From positions 310,001-374,000 of the forward strand of contig NIVC01000084.1 of NCBI GenBank assembly GCA_002269645.1: a DNA stretch of 64,000 nucleotides. The letters run 5' to 3'. Below the pieces are notes generated by a model. The model searched no databases. It had not been told where the DNA came from and worked only from the letters and a program-made list of their open reading frames with translations. Positions 1 to 14,325 of the stretch are shown piece by piece. Both the position numbers and the translations under genes were made by a program. Positions within the stretch are counted from its first letter, which is position 1. Each line of letters opens with the position of its first letter. The stretch comes from Macrostomum lignano. Lineage: Eukaryota.

Positions 1-1379
1 AAAATATAAGCAAAATTTGTGATTCTTTAAAGTGCATGCCAAGTGTACATATGTATGTATATGTATATGTATATATAAATGTCTACAAGTTAATATATAT
101 ATATTATTTTCTTAGGAGGAGTAATGCGCACCAACTATATATGTCTATTTTTGGCATACAAGGTCAATGTACACCCAAATTTTTGGGCATATATTATCCA
201 TACTCAGGAAGGAAGAGTGCACGCTAGAATATCCAGCATGCAGAAAAAAATTGACATACACTTTGGCATGTATTCAGCATTCTGAAACTTGGTATACCTT
301 GTAGGCCTACACAATTTTGGCATTTAGCATCAATGATATGACTAGGTTTCACTATACTAACTTGACCACTACAACTTACCACTCCTTGAGTTTACAAAAA
401 AGGAAATAATTCATTAGAATTTAACATAATAATATAGTATGATAAGCCTTTGAATGTCAGAACTTTTCCCATCCTAGATTTTTATTGTACAATTTAAATT
501 AATAAAACAAAAAACGTCTATGTCCTTCAGCTACAGAACTTAAACTTTAAGCAACTGTGGTCTGCTTAAATAAATTTTTCTTGCTTTTTTGGTACCAAAT
601 TTTAACATTGTTTTAATAGAGTGGCTTATCTTAAGAATAACAATACATGCGTTTAACACACTCATTTTTGGTATATAAAAACTTATGGGCTCAAATTTTG
701 GCATACACTTGGTATACACAAAGAAGTTAGGGGAAAAAAATTGGCGTGCACTCACCTCCTACCTGACTATGGTATATTATAAGACCCAAATGGCCAAAGT
801 GTGGTATTGTGCTAATAAAACAAAAAATTGAGCATGTCTACAACTATGTTACAATTGATCTATAACTATTGAATAAGCCTAGTTTAATACTTGATCAACA
901 GTTTTTTTCTTTATTCTATCTTTTTTATGTGCTATTTGACATGCCTAGCTTAGACTTAGACCCAACTATTTCCTAATACTAATACTAATAGGGTTCATAA
1001 ATAAAAGCTAATTTTTCATTTTTTCAATATATACTAATTCAAAGGCTTACTAATATTATAATATAGCTAAAATAGCATAAATGTATAAAATGAGACAATA
1101 ATATACCATTTTACCTCCTGAATAAAGTCTTGTTTAAAAGAAAGAAACAAGCACTGCAGAACTTCAATTAAAAAATTCTTTAAAAAAGGAAAGACTTAGG
1201 AATATGAGCCCAAACAAATTTGGTGGGGACAACACTTTACTATTACGCAAAATTTAGCTCTATTTTTTGCCTTTGCTACTAGGCCTACATATCCTATGAC
1301 ACATATTCACTTGAAATTGAAGCTGAAAACAGACACCCCAAATCAAATGTTTGAATTAAAAGAAAATACGAGCTATTAG

Positions 1380-1878
1380 CTTTCCGAGCTACAAAAATAA
1401 CTTTCTTAACTAAATCCTTCATCGTTGACAGCTGTATGACTCCGGTCTATCGGCCGGCGGTCTACCTTCCGGCCTAAAAAAAGCTAACATTTCTAATTAA
1501 GTTTAAGCGTAATCTTGTAGAGTTCATAGAAATAAGCACATTTGAAAAGGCACTAAGAAACACGCAGTATATAGAAAACGTCTACATAAGAAATAAAATA
1601 GTTATTGATACTATTAATGAGTTTATAAAAGTTCTATAAAAATAAAAAAATCAAATTTTGATACAACTATAACGCCAAAGCTCCATACTATTTAAAATTT
1701 TAAAGTAGATTACACAGCTCGGCCTGAACTTGCGTGTATCATCATCATAGAAAGTTTCACCGTAGACCGAAACATTTCGAATATTGTCAAAAATAGCAAA
1801 CAAGGAAAGTTAAGAAACTGCTTTCAGTAAACTGCTAAATCAGTTATTTAGTGTCATTTATTTACATCTATTTTAAAA
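1380..1878 (+). promoter_or_regulatory. CpG-rich putative promoter/5' region of PA2G4
   Basis: Local cluster of CpGs (e.g. tccggtctatcggccggcggtc near 1441) just upstream of the ATG at 1879, inside otherwise CpG-poor DNA. Function inferred from position only. Confidence 0.4.
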
Positions 1879-4800
1879 ATGGCAGAGATCGAAGAAGATG
1901 AAGAGATGCACACCATTGCAGAGGACATTGTTGTCACGAAGTACAAAATGGCTGGCGACTTGATAAATGGTAAAATTTATGCCTAGTAACTTTTGTAGCA
2001 TGTAATTTATTTAGTTTTTTTTAACTTCATACATGTGTAGCTACTCGATTTTTATATCTTACATAGTAAAATTAAAATTCAGTATAAAAATAAGACTAAC
2101 TTCAAGAGATTTTCAAAAACATTTAGGTAATAAAATTGGCTTGGACTTCAGTTCAGGGATAAAAAATGCACTTGTTATTTGCACAGTACTGTGTAAATAG
2201 TGCCAGTATTATTTGCACGCTAACAAAATTCAAAACTAGTTTTATATACTGTGTAGTATTGAATACTTATAGCTATGGTCTAGTACATACATGCCCAACA
2301 CCTATCCAATCGGTCTGCGGTCATTTCATCTGCCACCTTTTTGTCTGCCAAAGAATTTTAGCAGACGAAACGACTTTTTTATTTATGTTTATTTTGGTTC
2401 ACTTATTTAGTATTTTTTATGTAGGGAATTAAAAATAAATTAGTATAAGCAAGTTTTAAGTATGCTTTCTTATTTATATTGATACATTTTGTTTTTCTTC
2501 ATTTTCTACAAAACCTAACTAACCTATATAATACTTTCGACGCATCGATGCGAAGTTATTTTTTGAGAAAGTGGTGTTATCGATAATTTTTTTTACTATA
2601 GACGCATGCATAATTTGTAAACAGACTATACGACCCAGACAACATGCGCTACTGTGCGACTTGTGCAACAAATGGCAGCATCAAACTTATTTATATGCAA
2701 CATATTTATATTTATCAATTTATATGCAGAAAATTGATACATGCAAAGATTTGTTTAAATGCTTCTTACAAGCTTAAATAAACTAAAAAGCTTGAAATTA
2801 ATGCTTATTAAAACTCAAATTTTTTCATCTTTTTTTTCTACTTCACAATAACTCTTACGCCTGATTCTATAAAGTACATGCCAGGTGTTTTATTAATTAT
2901 GCCCATTGCTTTACCACTTAAAATAAATATATTAGGCCTATATATATTATATATATTAAATATAATAAATCTGTGCACCAAATCCAAAGCCCCCCAATAC
3001 CACATTTCTAGATATACTATCAGTTGTACATACAAGGTAGGCTTTAACTGTTGGATATACAGGGCTTCCAACACATTTAGTTTGTGGTAATGTTGAATCC
3101 AATCAATAATTTTAAACTTTTGATCATGTTTGATGTTGGCACAGGCGTTGCACATTAGCAGATAGTCAAAAATTGCACTAGCCTTCTTGCAGTGTTTCTC
3201 GATCCTAGTGTACAGGTGTCAATCAGTCTTACTAATGTACAATTGGCTCTGCTCAGCAAGGCAAACAAATTGATAGATGATACTAGCACACAAGGTGGAG
3301 GGTACTTTGCTTTTTAGGCTTGTCATAAAATGGGCCACCTTTTGAGTAGTGAAGATAATATCAATGCATGTATTGAGACAATCATGGCAGATATCAGTCA
3401 GCCGTTTTTTAATTTTGTACTTGGCATTCCAATGTACAGAATACTGATGGTTGGTTTCCTTTCAGTAGAGTTAGAGTTTATAACATTCTGTTCTTTGGTA
3501 ACTTTCTTATTGATAAAGACATTAATCTCTGAGTTGATCAAGTTGTTTGGGTACTAGTTTTTTGTCAGGATCTCTTTGATTTTAGTTAACTCCTGGTGTA
3601 GGTTACACCAGTTGCTACAAATGTTGCTACATGGTGGCCATGTCTATAATTCAGAAACTTATAATAAGACCTAAGACCTAGTTACTAATAGAGACATGGC
3701 TACTGTGTCTATAAGTTTCTACATTATAGACATGGCTGCCAAGTCTCTAAGTGTGGCAAATAAAAAATGCTAAGCTATAAACATAAATCATACCTAAACT
3801 CTATCTATCAACTTAAATTAGTCTAAACCCATTATGAAAATAAAAAGTACAGAAGCAAATAGTAGGTAGTCCTTGATAAGATAACTATTTATATTATAAG
3901 GTATTTATTTCAGTTACTTTGTCAATAACACTGGCAATATTTATATGGTACTGTGCAAATAATGACTACCTAAAAATATGGCTATTTAAGTTTAACTGTG
4001 ACCATGTCTTTGACTTTTATAGTGTATTTTTCCCATAATAAATTATGACTTATAAACATATACAATAATAAAAATGTTAAAAAGATGAGAACTGAAAAAT
4101 ATATATATGAACATTTTAAAAATGTTTTGAATGACAATTGTTGCTTAACTTACTTGTAGACAATCACCATTGAAATTTGTCTCTTCTCTGTTCAAATAAA
4201 AGAAACTACAATATTTATATAATTAGTTAAATAATTATTAGAGTCAGCCTAAATACTTTAAAAAATGTATTAATCAATTTCAAAAGGCAATCATTTTGAT
4301 TCATTTCAATGTAACTTTTACAAAGTAAAAAAAGATTGTGTTCCAAAACTACAAAAATAAGAGCTTTTTATCATGGTATATGACACACAAAAGCCAATTT
4401 TATTTTAGAGAAAAACATTTTTATTTTTTTAAAATCAAAGCCTTAATCAATGGAAAGCATTTGTATATTAGGCCTACCTTGGGTTACTTACTTAGCATAC
4501 TTAGATACTTATGCTAATGCTAGATACTTAGCATATTTTTAGTTAAGGCCTAATAATCATTGCATATACTAATATTATTGAAATGATTATCTTCTAAATT
4601 GAAAAGGGTACACTCTGCATTATTTTTTGTTATTTATATAATTCTCTGTACTATGCACAGAATTAAAGCCAAAGCCGCTATGCAGTGGCTAGTAGCCATA
4701 GTCCAGATTATGCTGGGTGTATACCCAAACAAAAATTGAATAATTACAAATGCACGCCAAAAAACATGCCTATTCCCAAAACTACGCTAGTGTTGCAACA

Positions 4801-7800
4801 ATAAATGGCCTTTTTTACATTGTGAAAATAAATTAATTTTTTTTAATTATAAAAGAGAACCTTTTTGGCAGATAATTTTTTGATTTTTATGCTTTTTAAA
4901 AAATACTATTTATATCAAAAATTGATATACCTAAAGATTTATTTAAATGCCTTATTACAAGCTCAAAAATCCTAGAAAGTTTAAAATTTATGCTTAAAAT
5001 GAACTTTTTTATCTTTCTTCTACTCAACACTAACTCTTTCATGTGATTTTATAAATTGCATGCCACATGTATGTACACTTTTTTCTTAGTAGTGATGCAT
5101 GTCAATTATGCATGCCTATTTTTGGCATGCAAGGCCAATGTATGCCTGAATTTTTGGGCATATCCTATATGATCTGCAGTATGGACCAGTAGGCAAGTGG
5201 CTAGGGTTATTTTATTTGAGCTAAACTCCGGATAATATATATATACTCTAGAAAATTCTAGCCTACAGAGGGAAATAAAGTATACCATTGTATAGAATGC
5301 ATACAGAGGGGGCCGGCATGCCTTTTGGCATACAAAGATTACCAAGACAGCAGGTGGTACCAAAGTTCTAAGTATTAATCAATGTACATAGTTGGTATAC
5401 AAAAATTATTATTTTAAATATGGTGTAGTCTCTATGTACAAAGTTGGAGTAGCTAAATTTTAATAAAAAAAGTGCTTAGCCTTTCTAAAACAAATGAAAA
5501 ACTAAATTTAAAAACTTTTGTTCAACTTTTCTAACTAGTTTTTAAACTAGTTTTTTAAGGTTTAATAGTAAATTAACTAGTTTTTACCAACATTTTTTCA
5601 AATCATTTCTAATTTTATCAAACTTCTCAATTTAGAATAATGTCCAAAAATTGAAAAATACAATGCTTTACTATATCTAATTTATATTAAACTTTGTTAT
5701 TTGGAAATAATGATAGCTTTTTCTTTGAAAAAATTCAATTTCAAATTGTTTTCATGATTTTGTTATAGAAATGATCTTTTTGCAAAAAGTTTGTCTATTT
5801 TCAACTTGTTTCACCTTTTGTTAAGTAATGATATTACTGCACATTTAGTCTTGTTGAGAAGTACTTTTTGTGCTTTTTCAAAAAGCAAAATGTTTTCTCC
5901 TAACTCTAAATAAATGTAACATTGTATTTTTAAATGTCTTTTTTCATGCTTTTCATTTTTTATAGTGTTCGGCACATTACTTGTTACTCTACTAAAGTGG
6001 TAACAATTATTACTTTTTGGTAATGACACTTTTGCATTACTTTTTCTAGGTAACTAAAAAGACAAGTAATTGTTACTTTTTGGACTTTTTCCCATTACAA
6101 TTCCTATTGAAAACAATGCTATGGCAAGAGTTGCTAAAAACTTATTGCAAGCAATTCTCTAGTGACTCCTATGCATCTGGGGAAATTCTTGTTACTTTAT
6201 AACTCAAATGTGTTGAATGCAATGAAAATGTGACTGTTGCAAAAAAGTTGTCGAATAATTGTGCTGGCACTTAACTTTCTACTAGCTCAGTAGGCTAGTT
6301 AAAGTCCAATAAGCTAAAACTGAGTTTTTATTGCCCATGAAAATGGTACCTAGGTCAAGAAGCATCCTGGAGTCACTTGTGTTCCCCCAAAGTCATTCAG
6401 GTGTATTGTAGATAAGAGATCAAATAGGAAAGAAATTATTCTAAATGACTAAAATGACAAGATGTCACTGTACAAGTTGCCAAAAAGTAGCAAAAGAGTC
6501 ACTTTAGTGTCACTCTAGAATTGTTAGTGCATTATTTTTAAGTCAATGAGCATGCATTTTCTATTTGCCTAGAAATGACTATCTACTAGGGTTGTCCCAA
6601 AAGTTCCCGGAATGTCTAACGTAGCTTTTCAATGGAGCCATGAAATTTCATGCCCATGGTGTCAAATGAAAGGGAATTTTGTCACAAAGAAAACAAAGTT
6701 AAAATCAAGTTGATATCATTTTTAATTAAGGAGCTGCAGCTGCTCATTGACTTAGAAGTAATGCACTAACACCCCTCATAGTAGTCTTTTTATAGCTGGT
6801 ACTAATGCCCCTATAATGCATCCAGAACACTTAGAAGTGATGCACTGGCTCATTCCATATAAGCATGGTCGTAACATGACAGGCTATTTTTACTTATAAA
6901 ATGAAATATAATAATAGAATATACTAAACCAATATTTTAAATGAAAGATAATTTTGTCAAAAATATTTTTATAGAGTTTCATGTAGATATCATCATTAGT
7001 ATAGATGCTATTAAACCTTGAATGGCACTTATGGTCGTAACAACAGGATTTTTGACATATAGAAACTAAAAGGTAAAAGTCTTATAACATTTTATTTTTG
7101 ATATTTTGCAATACATTTTTTAAAATTTGACTAAGAACATCTTTAGTAATCATACTCTTTTTGTAGAATATATAAACTCAAAAAGGCAACAAAGATACAA
7201 AAGAAAAGGCAGCCTTATGGTTGTAACATTATGGTCGTAACATATTTTTTTCTATCAATTCAGTAACTTTGAGGTACCAATATATTAAAAATATAATAGA
7301 TTATTTGGTCACCAATACTTTTATCTGATGATGCAAGTACTATACTTTTATCTATAGTTTGTTTCAACCTTCCAAAGCTTTCTATTTGTTTTTAAAAGGT
7401 ACACAAACTTAATGATGTCTTTTGCTTAGAAAAATGTCTAAATTTTTACAAAAATGACTTTTTGCCACTTGATAGCATACTAATCTAACATTTTATCATT
7501 CATTTATTCTTAGATTGTAGATATTACACATAAAAAACATTTGGTAAAAAAATTGGCTGATAAGGCAATGGCAAGCAAAAATATTGACTTTTTTCTATTT
7601 TCCAAAAATGTCCATCTTATATGGAATGAGCCCACTAATGATTCTACACTGACACTAAAGTGCTTCTTCTGTGACTTATTAGCAACTTTTACCATAACAT
7701 CTTGTCATTTTAGAGTTGTTTAGAGTCACTTCTTTCCTATTTGATCTATGTCATCTGCAATGCATCTGAAATGACTCTAGGGCAGCATAAGTGACTATGC

Positions 7801-10800
7801 GAGGCTTCTTGGCCTAGGTACCATTTTCATTGGGATACTTATTACCCATGACTTCCATTAGACCATTACCAAATAAGGAAAAAGGATATAAAATATCTGT
7901 AATACAAACACATGTTCAATTAAAATACAACTATAAGTGTCTGTGTAAAAAAGTGAAAATAGATCAATATATTCTATTCTATTATATTATACTTTAGAAC
8001 TTGCTATTTTCAATTTATAAATAATATTTACACATAAGTCTACCAATGAGTGTAAGACTTAAGCAAAAATCTAAATTTTTATGCATTTGAGGTATTAAAA
8101 CAAAAATCCATTTTAATTTATTCCTGTATAAATATAATTCAGTAAAACAAAGACAGAAGTCAAAAGCTCACCATTGGCATTATTGTTTTTTTGTTCCACA
8201 TAATCACAATGGCATTCTGTTTTTTAAATATATGAAATGTTATACAGGTGTAACTATTGTTTTTAGTTTTTAACTTTGTCTAATTGATATTAAATATCAG
8301 AATCATTAGTCTAGTAGTAAAATTTCAAAATTGTCAATTTAAAGCTTTGAAGCAATAAAGTAGTGTATATAGGGTACATTGGTATGCACCAAAATGTAGG
8401 TCACTTTTCTTGGGGTACATAAAAAGTGTTCTAATCTTTAAACTTTATTGATAGCCATAGTCTGTTTCATGTTTGGAGTTATGCCAGAGAAAAATTGATG
8501 AAATTTCATCATTAATGCCAGATTTAGGCCACTGCACAATAGGCATAATAGACTGGGAAGGTGGCATAGGCAGTTTGTATGAATACTTTTTTTAAATTCA
8601 GAAAGTTAATTGGAAGTTAAATGCTTCCAATTCTATATAACAATTATGAACTTACAAATGCAAAAAATATCAAGGCCATAAAATTAAAAAGTTGTTGTGC
8701 TGCAACACAATTTCTAGAATTTAAACTTTTTCATTGTTATAGACTTTTAATCAACATATATAAGATAAAAAGCATATTGGGGCATAGAAATAAGTTAGTT
8801 AAGTAGAATAAATTAAGCTCTGATCCAAGTATAATGCCAATGAAACTAAAACTAAAATAATTAAAATGAATGTTGACTAATAATTGACAAATGAAAATAG
8901 GAAAATTGCCAAAGGGGTTTTCTACTGTTGACACTTTGACTAAGAAATTGAAATAGTTAATTGCAAATTGCAAGGCAAATTGCTGCAAATACTTCAGTTG
9001 TAATTTTAAGGGTAAGATTGTATCCTTCATTATAAGAGTCATAGCTATTAGTTATAAAAGAACTGCACATTTGCCAAAGCATCTATATATTAGTCCTATA
9101 ATTATTATAATCTATTTTTCTTATTAATTATTAATAACAGACGTGCTGAAGCGCCTGCTAGAGAAGTGCATCCCCGGAGCTCGCATTCTCGACCTGTGCG
9201 AACTGGGCGACCGGCTCATTCAAGAGGAGACTGCCAAAGTGTTTAAAAAAGAGAAAGAAATGAAGAAGGGTGTCGCTTTTCCAACTTGCATCTCGCGCAA
9301 TAATTGCATCTGTCATTTCTCGCCGCTTCGATCTGACGGTTGCCAGCCGGAACTGGCCGATGGCGATCTGGTGAAAATCGATCTTGGCGCTCATATCGAC
9401 GGGTTCGCCGCATGCGTGGCGCATTCCTTTGTTATTGGCGCCAGTGCCGCTGCCCCGGCTACTGGGCGCAAAGCTGACGCGATGCTGGCTGCTCACTACG
9501 TTGCCGAGGCTTGCATGCGACTGCTGAAGCCTGGCGGTACCAACACCGAGGTGATGATTTCTGATTTTTGAGGTGGGCCTAGCTGCTGAGGGATCTGAGG
9601 GATTAGCTACTGAGGGATCTAGGGGATTAGCTGCTGAGAGATCTAGGGGATTAGCTGCTGAGAGATCTAGGGGGTTAGCTACTGAGGGATCTAGGGGATT
9701 AGCTGCTGAGAGATATAGGGGATTAGCTGCTGAGAGATCTAGGGGGTTAGCTACTGAGGGATCTAGGGGATTAGCTGCTGAGAGATCTAGGGGATTAGCT
9801 ACTGAGGGATCTAGGGGATTAGCTACTGAGGGATCTAGGGGATTAGCTGCTGAGAGATCTAGGGGATTAGCTACTGAGGGATCTAGGAGATTAGCTGCTG
9901 AGGGATCTAGGGGATTAGCTGCTGAGGGATCTGGGGGATTAGCTACTGAGAGATCTAGGGGATTAGCTGCTGAGGGATCTGGGGGATTAGCTACTGAGAG
10001 ATCTAGGGGATTAGCTGCTGAGAGATCTGGGGGATTAGCTACTGAAGGGATCTAGAGGATTAGCTACTGAGAGATCTAGGGGATTATAGGTAACTAGTGA
10101 TACTACTGAGGGACTAATAAGTGATCTATAGATAACTAAATGAAGGATCTACATGTAGCCATTGTAGGTGTATAGGTAGCCACTGTAAGATGCACAGGTA
10201 GCCACTGAATCTAGTTACGTTAAGCAGCTAGTACATGCTTCATCAATCCCATTCTTCATAATGAAATCGCGCATTGACTCAGGTGGCTGACACCGCCCAG
10301 AAAATTGCCAGCGCCTACAAGTGCACAATGGTTGAGAACATGCAGTGCCACTTGGCCAAACAGCACGTTGTAGAAGCGGACAAGTCAGTTGTTTGGAATC
10401 CGGACGAGACTGTTAAGAAAGCTGTTGAAAAATGCGAATTCGACGTCCACGAAGTTTGGAACGTCGATGTGCTGGTGTCGACTGGCGATGGCAAGGCCAA
10501 GGAGCGCGACACCAAGACCACGGTGTTCAGGAAGAAGGAGACGGTCTACAGCTTGAAGATGAAAGCTTCTCGTCAGTTTTTCTCCGAGATGAACGCCAAG
10601 TTCCAGGCCTATCCGTTCTCGTTGCGCTCGTTCGAAGACGAGAACAAGGCTCGTATGGGCGTTGTCGAATGCGTCAAGCATTCTCTGGTTGAGCCGCTGA
10701 CTGTCTACTGGGAGAAGGACGCAGAGTTTGTTGCTCAGTTCAAATTTACTCTGCTGCTGATGCCGAACGGTGAGCTGTGTGGGGATAAGAAATCAGATGA

Positions 10801-11614
10801 AATTAAGGAAAAATTCCCCTGCATACATCGACTTGAAAAGTCTGCATCTGCACCAAGTTTGTCGATTTTTTGACAAAAAAATCCTTTTTCAGCTATCTGA
10901 GAAACTTCCTTTTTCTATTGAAAAATTCCCCCTTTATTCTAGCGAAAAATTCTCCGTATCTAGCGAGAAATTCCCTTTTTTATCTAGCAAAAAATTCCTT
11001 TTTTTATCTAGCAAGAAATTCCCCTTCTTATCTAACGAGAAAGTTGCTATGTTATCCAGCGATAATTTCCCCTTCTTATCCAGCGAGAATTCCCCTTCTT
11101 ATCTAGCGAGAAATTCCCCTTCTTATCTAGCGAGAAATTCCCCTTCTTATCTTGCGAGAAATTCCTCTTCCTATCTAGCGAGAAACTCTCTCTTATTTAT
11201 CGAGAAATTCCCCGCTTTATCTTGTGGAAAATTAGGGGGTAAAAATGGGATGGCAAATTCCATTTTACTTAGCGGAAATATCCCGATAGGAACCTGAAAA
11301 ATACCCCCTCTAATTAACAAAAATGAACCCATGAGAAATCTGAGCGATACTTCGAGTATTGTAGATTTTCAATTGTTTAATGTACTTTAATTAAAATGAT
11401 ATATTGAATAACCCCCCCCCCAACAGGCCAAATGCGCATCACGGGCCTGCCATTCGATACCGCCGCTTACAAATCCGATAATAAAATTGAGGACGCCGAA
11501 CTACTGAAAGTAATCACTGGCGCGCTGAACAAGAAAGCCCAAAAGAAGAAGGCCAAGAAGAAGGCGGCTGGAGATCTGGCCAGCGCTGTGGAATCCGTCA
11601 AGATTTCCGGTTAA
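1879..11614 (+). CDS. PA2G4: Proliferation-associated protein 2G4 / EBP1 (M24 fold); join(1879..1969,9141..9550,10283..10769,11427..11614), 391 aa
   Basis: All introns are GT-AG and the exons join in frame (1176 nt). Reads [117 protein letters not shown], matching the EBP1 family. Exon 1 is absent from the ORF track. Confidence 0.96.
2173..3966. mobile_element. Decayed inverted-repeat-bounded DNA element with PHD-finger remnant (PA2G4 intron 1)
   Basis: About 43-bp imperfect inverted repeats at 2173-2215 and 3922-3966 (ttatttgcacagtac..tgccagt). PHD-like [25 protein letters not shown] at about 2605-2685. Segment 2737-2880 recurs as a diverged direct copy at 4924-5070. Confidence 0.5.
3020..3640 (-). 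mobile_element. Penelope-like retroelement remnant (RT thumb + GIY-YIG endonuclease)
   Basis: Minus strand reads [28 protein letters not shown], then [44 protein letters not shown], typical of PLE C-termini. Contains stops and frameshifts. Confidence 0.8.
6333..7835. mobile_element. Foldback/MITE-like element with about 200-bp imperfect terminal inverted repeats
   Basis: 6333-6530 (cccatgaaaatggtacctagg..gatcaaataggaaagaa..aaaatgacaagatg) is the reverse complement of 7632-7835. Internal repeated motif atggtcgtaaca. No TSD identified. Confidence 0.6.
9577..10087 (+). repeat. 24-bp minisatellite (GGGATTAGCTGCTGAGAGATCTAG) filling PA2G4 intron 2
   Basis: Direct tandem periodicity; source of the spurious GLAAERSR-repeat ORF. 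Confidence 0.95.
10905..11215 (+). repeat. 24-bp minisatellite (AATTCCCCTTCTTATCTAGCGAGA) in PA2G4 intron 3
   Basis: Tandem periodicity; source of the NSPSYLAR-repeat ORF. Confidence 0.9.
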
Positions 11615-11984
11615 TAGCAATTATTTATTCGATTGACTCCTTAAATGGGAAATTGGCGCCCTCGCGTACGATTTTCAGCGACTCTGTCTATTGTCATCTG
11701 TTTCGGCTGCATTATAGGAACTGATAATACTAAGTATATCCACCGGTATTTACTTACGTAAATTGGGCGTGTTGTTAGAATTGTTATTATTTTGCTAGGT
11801 TTTATCCACAGATACTAGAATAACTAGGTGTTACTCGCAGTAAAGTCATAAACAGTAGTATGTCTTCTCTTGTTCTCAGTAGTTTGTCTGCGCATTGTCA
11901 TTTAAATTTAATTTGGGAGTCTAAAATTTCGTTCTTTAGGGAATGAAAACGAATGAAAACGGACGAAAATCAGTCCAGATCTGG

Positions 11985-12680
11985 CTGATCTGGCCCAATC
12001 TGGCTCAGCCAATGAGAGCAGTAAGGAGTGAGGGCAAAATCAGACAGACGAAACTCAGTCTAGGGGACAGGCCCGATCTGGCTCAGCCAATAAGAGAGCA
12101 GTAAGGAGTGAGGGCAAAATCAGACAGACGAAACTCAGTCTAGGGGACAGGCCCGATCTGGCTCAGCCAATAAGAGAGCAGTAAGGAGAGAGGGCAAAAT
12201 CAGACAGACGAAACTCAGTCTAGGGGACAGGCCCGATCTGGCTCAGCCAATAAGAGAGCAGTAAGGAGAGAGGGCAAAATCAGACAGACGAAACTCAGTC
12301 TAGGGGACAGGCCCGATCTGGCTCAGCCAATAAGAGAGCAGTAAGGAGAGAGCGCAAAATCAGACAGACGAAACTCAGTCTAGGGGACAGGCCCGATCTG
12401 GCTCAGCCAATAAGAGAGCAGTAAGGAGAGAGGGCAAAATCACAGACAAAACTCAGTCTAGGGGACCGATCTGGCTCAGCCCGATGTGGCTCAGCCAATA
12501 AGAAAGCAGTAAGGAGAGAGGGCAAAATCAGACAGACAAAACTCAGTCTAGGGGACCGATCTGGCTCAGTCCGATGTGGCTCAGCCAATGAGAGAGCAGT
12601 AAGGAGGGGAAAAACTCAGACAAGCAGGCAAAAGGTAAGCCAAACTGTTTATCGGCCTGGCTGGAGGGAAGAGGCGCCAA
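11985..12680 (+). repeat. 80-bp tandem array (about 7-8 units) with a CCAAT motif per unit, plus a unique 3' tail; dispersed family
   Basis: taggggacag recurs at 12061, 12141, 12221, 12301 and 12381. A homologous array and tail lie in reverse orientation at about 24235-24550. Confidence 0.9.
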
Positions 12681-13599
12681 TCTTTTTCTTTCTTGCCTAC
12701 TAATGCAGAAGCGACGTTTCAAACGCTGCTTTTGAATAATTTCAAGTCTGAGGCAGTCTAGAGTCTGTAAAACAGAGGGAAGAAGCTTGTTTAATGGGTC
12801 TGCTTGTAGAAAGTCAGAGACGATTGTTGCAGAAAATAAATTTTAGTATCTTGGAAACTTTAATATTTTTTCATTTTGCTAAAACAAAGAATAAAAGCTA
12901 GCTTTGCTACTGAAAAATAGTATGCAAGTGTATTTTGTGAGTAAAATCTAGCTATTCTAGTAACTGTAGGCTTACCATGCTTAACTACAGCTGTTTGCTC
13001 TATTATTTTTGTTCCTCTTTTTTAAAGTCTAAATTTAATCTTTTAATACCCTTACGTTCGGGGATTGGAATGCCATCATATTGTTTTCGTTTTATGAAAT
13101 TTCTTCGTCGCTATTGGGGTTCTTTTCCAAATAGATCTTTGAAAGAGTTAGACAAAAAGTGCGCGAGTGGCTAAAAAAATTCTTTGTTGTTTGATTTGTG
13201 CTCGACTGAAACTGCTTGACGATTAACTCTGTCTGTCCCAGTGTCTGCTTGACGTGTTATACCCGTCCCCAGTGATTCCCCTCTTGCTTCACAGAGAGCG
13301 TTCAGTTTGGTTATAGCTGTTTAAAGTTGTCTTGGCAAATAAATACATTGGCAAACGTTTGGTGGTTTGGGAGAGAGGGTGAACGAGAGTCCGTAGCTTT
13401 TTTCGCGCCGGCCTACCTGCTCCTCTGCTGGAAAGCGGTTTGCTGTTTTGGGGGATGGGCGCAGCGCTTATTTTGTTGAGTTCTTTTGGTCTCAGTGTGT
13501 AACGCTTTGGAGTCTTTCTGACTTTTTTGCTATTTTTTTGTTAGAAAGTTATGATTATACTGGGTTTAGTTTGCAATCCTATAATTAAATATTGATCTC

Positions 13600-14205
13600 G
13601 CACCCTAGTGTGATTCCAAACCCTGATAGATCTCATATTTTTATTGATCCCATACCATCCCATACCCTGTACCCTGATCCCGTACCCTGAGTACTGATTA
13701 ATCCCATACCCTGATTGATCCCATACCCTGGTTAATCCCATACACTGTTTGATCCATACCCTGATTGATCCCATAGTCTGATTGATCCCATACACTGATT
13801 AATCCCATACTCTTATTGATCCCAAACGCAGATTAATCCCATACACTGATTGATCCCATACCCAGAATAATTCTATACCCCGATTGATCCCATACCCCGA
13901 TTGATCCCATACTCTGATTGATCCCATACACTGATTAATCCCATACTCTTATTGATCCCAAACACAGATTAACCCCATACACTGATTGATCCCATACCCC
14001 GAATAATTCTATACCCCGATTGATCCCATACTCCTATTGATCCCATACCTCAATCCATACTCTGATTGATCTCCCACAAAGCAAGCATACTCTAATCTAT
14101 TCCAGACTAAGCAATACCCCATAATCTAAGCGACCCCATATATTTAAGTATCCCAAATCCTAAGCAGTCCCAAACCATTATTAATCCCATACCCTGATTG
14201 AACCC
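13600..14205 (+). repeat. About 17-20-bp degenerate minisatellite (CCCATACACTGATTGAT) upstream of AP3B
   Basis: Tandem gatcccatac/ctgatt units seen directly. Confidence 0.9.
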
Positions 14206-14325
14206 TAGGCTAGCCCCATACGATACAGATAATATTCAAAAATAAGTCAGCATGGCATACAGCAGCAGTTGTACGCCGCAACTCATCCGTCGTGATCTGC
14301 ACCTTGCTGCAGCAGCGCCAGCAAA

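Noticed and set aside
9573-10055. 160-aa GLAAERSR-repeat ORF
   Set aside because: Translation of the 24-bp intronic minisatellite; it lies inside a well-supported PA2G4 intron.
11985-12620. Regular array superficially like a CRISPR locus
   Set aside because: Units are head-to-tail 80-bp repeats without unique spacers, the context is eukaryotic and there are no cas genes. The same applies to all other arrays here.
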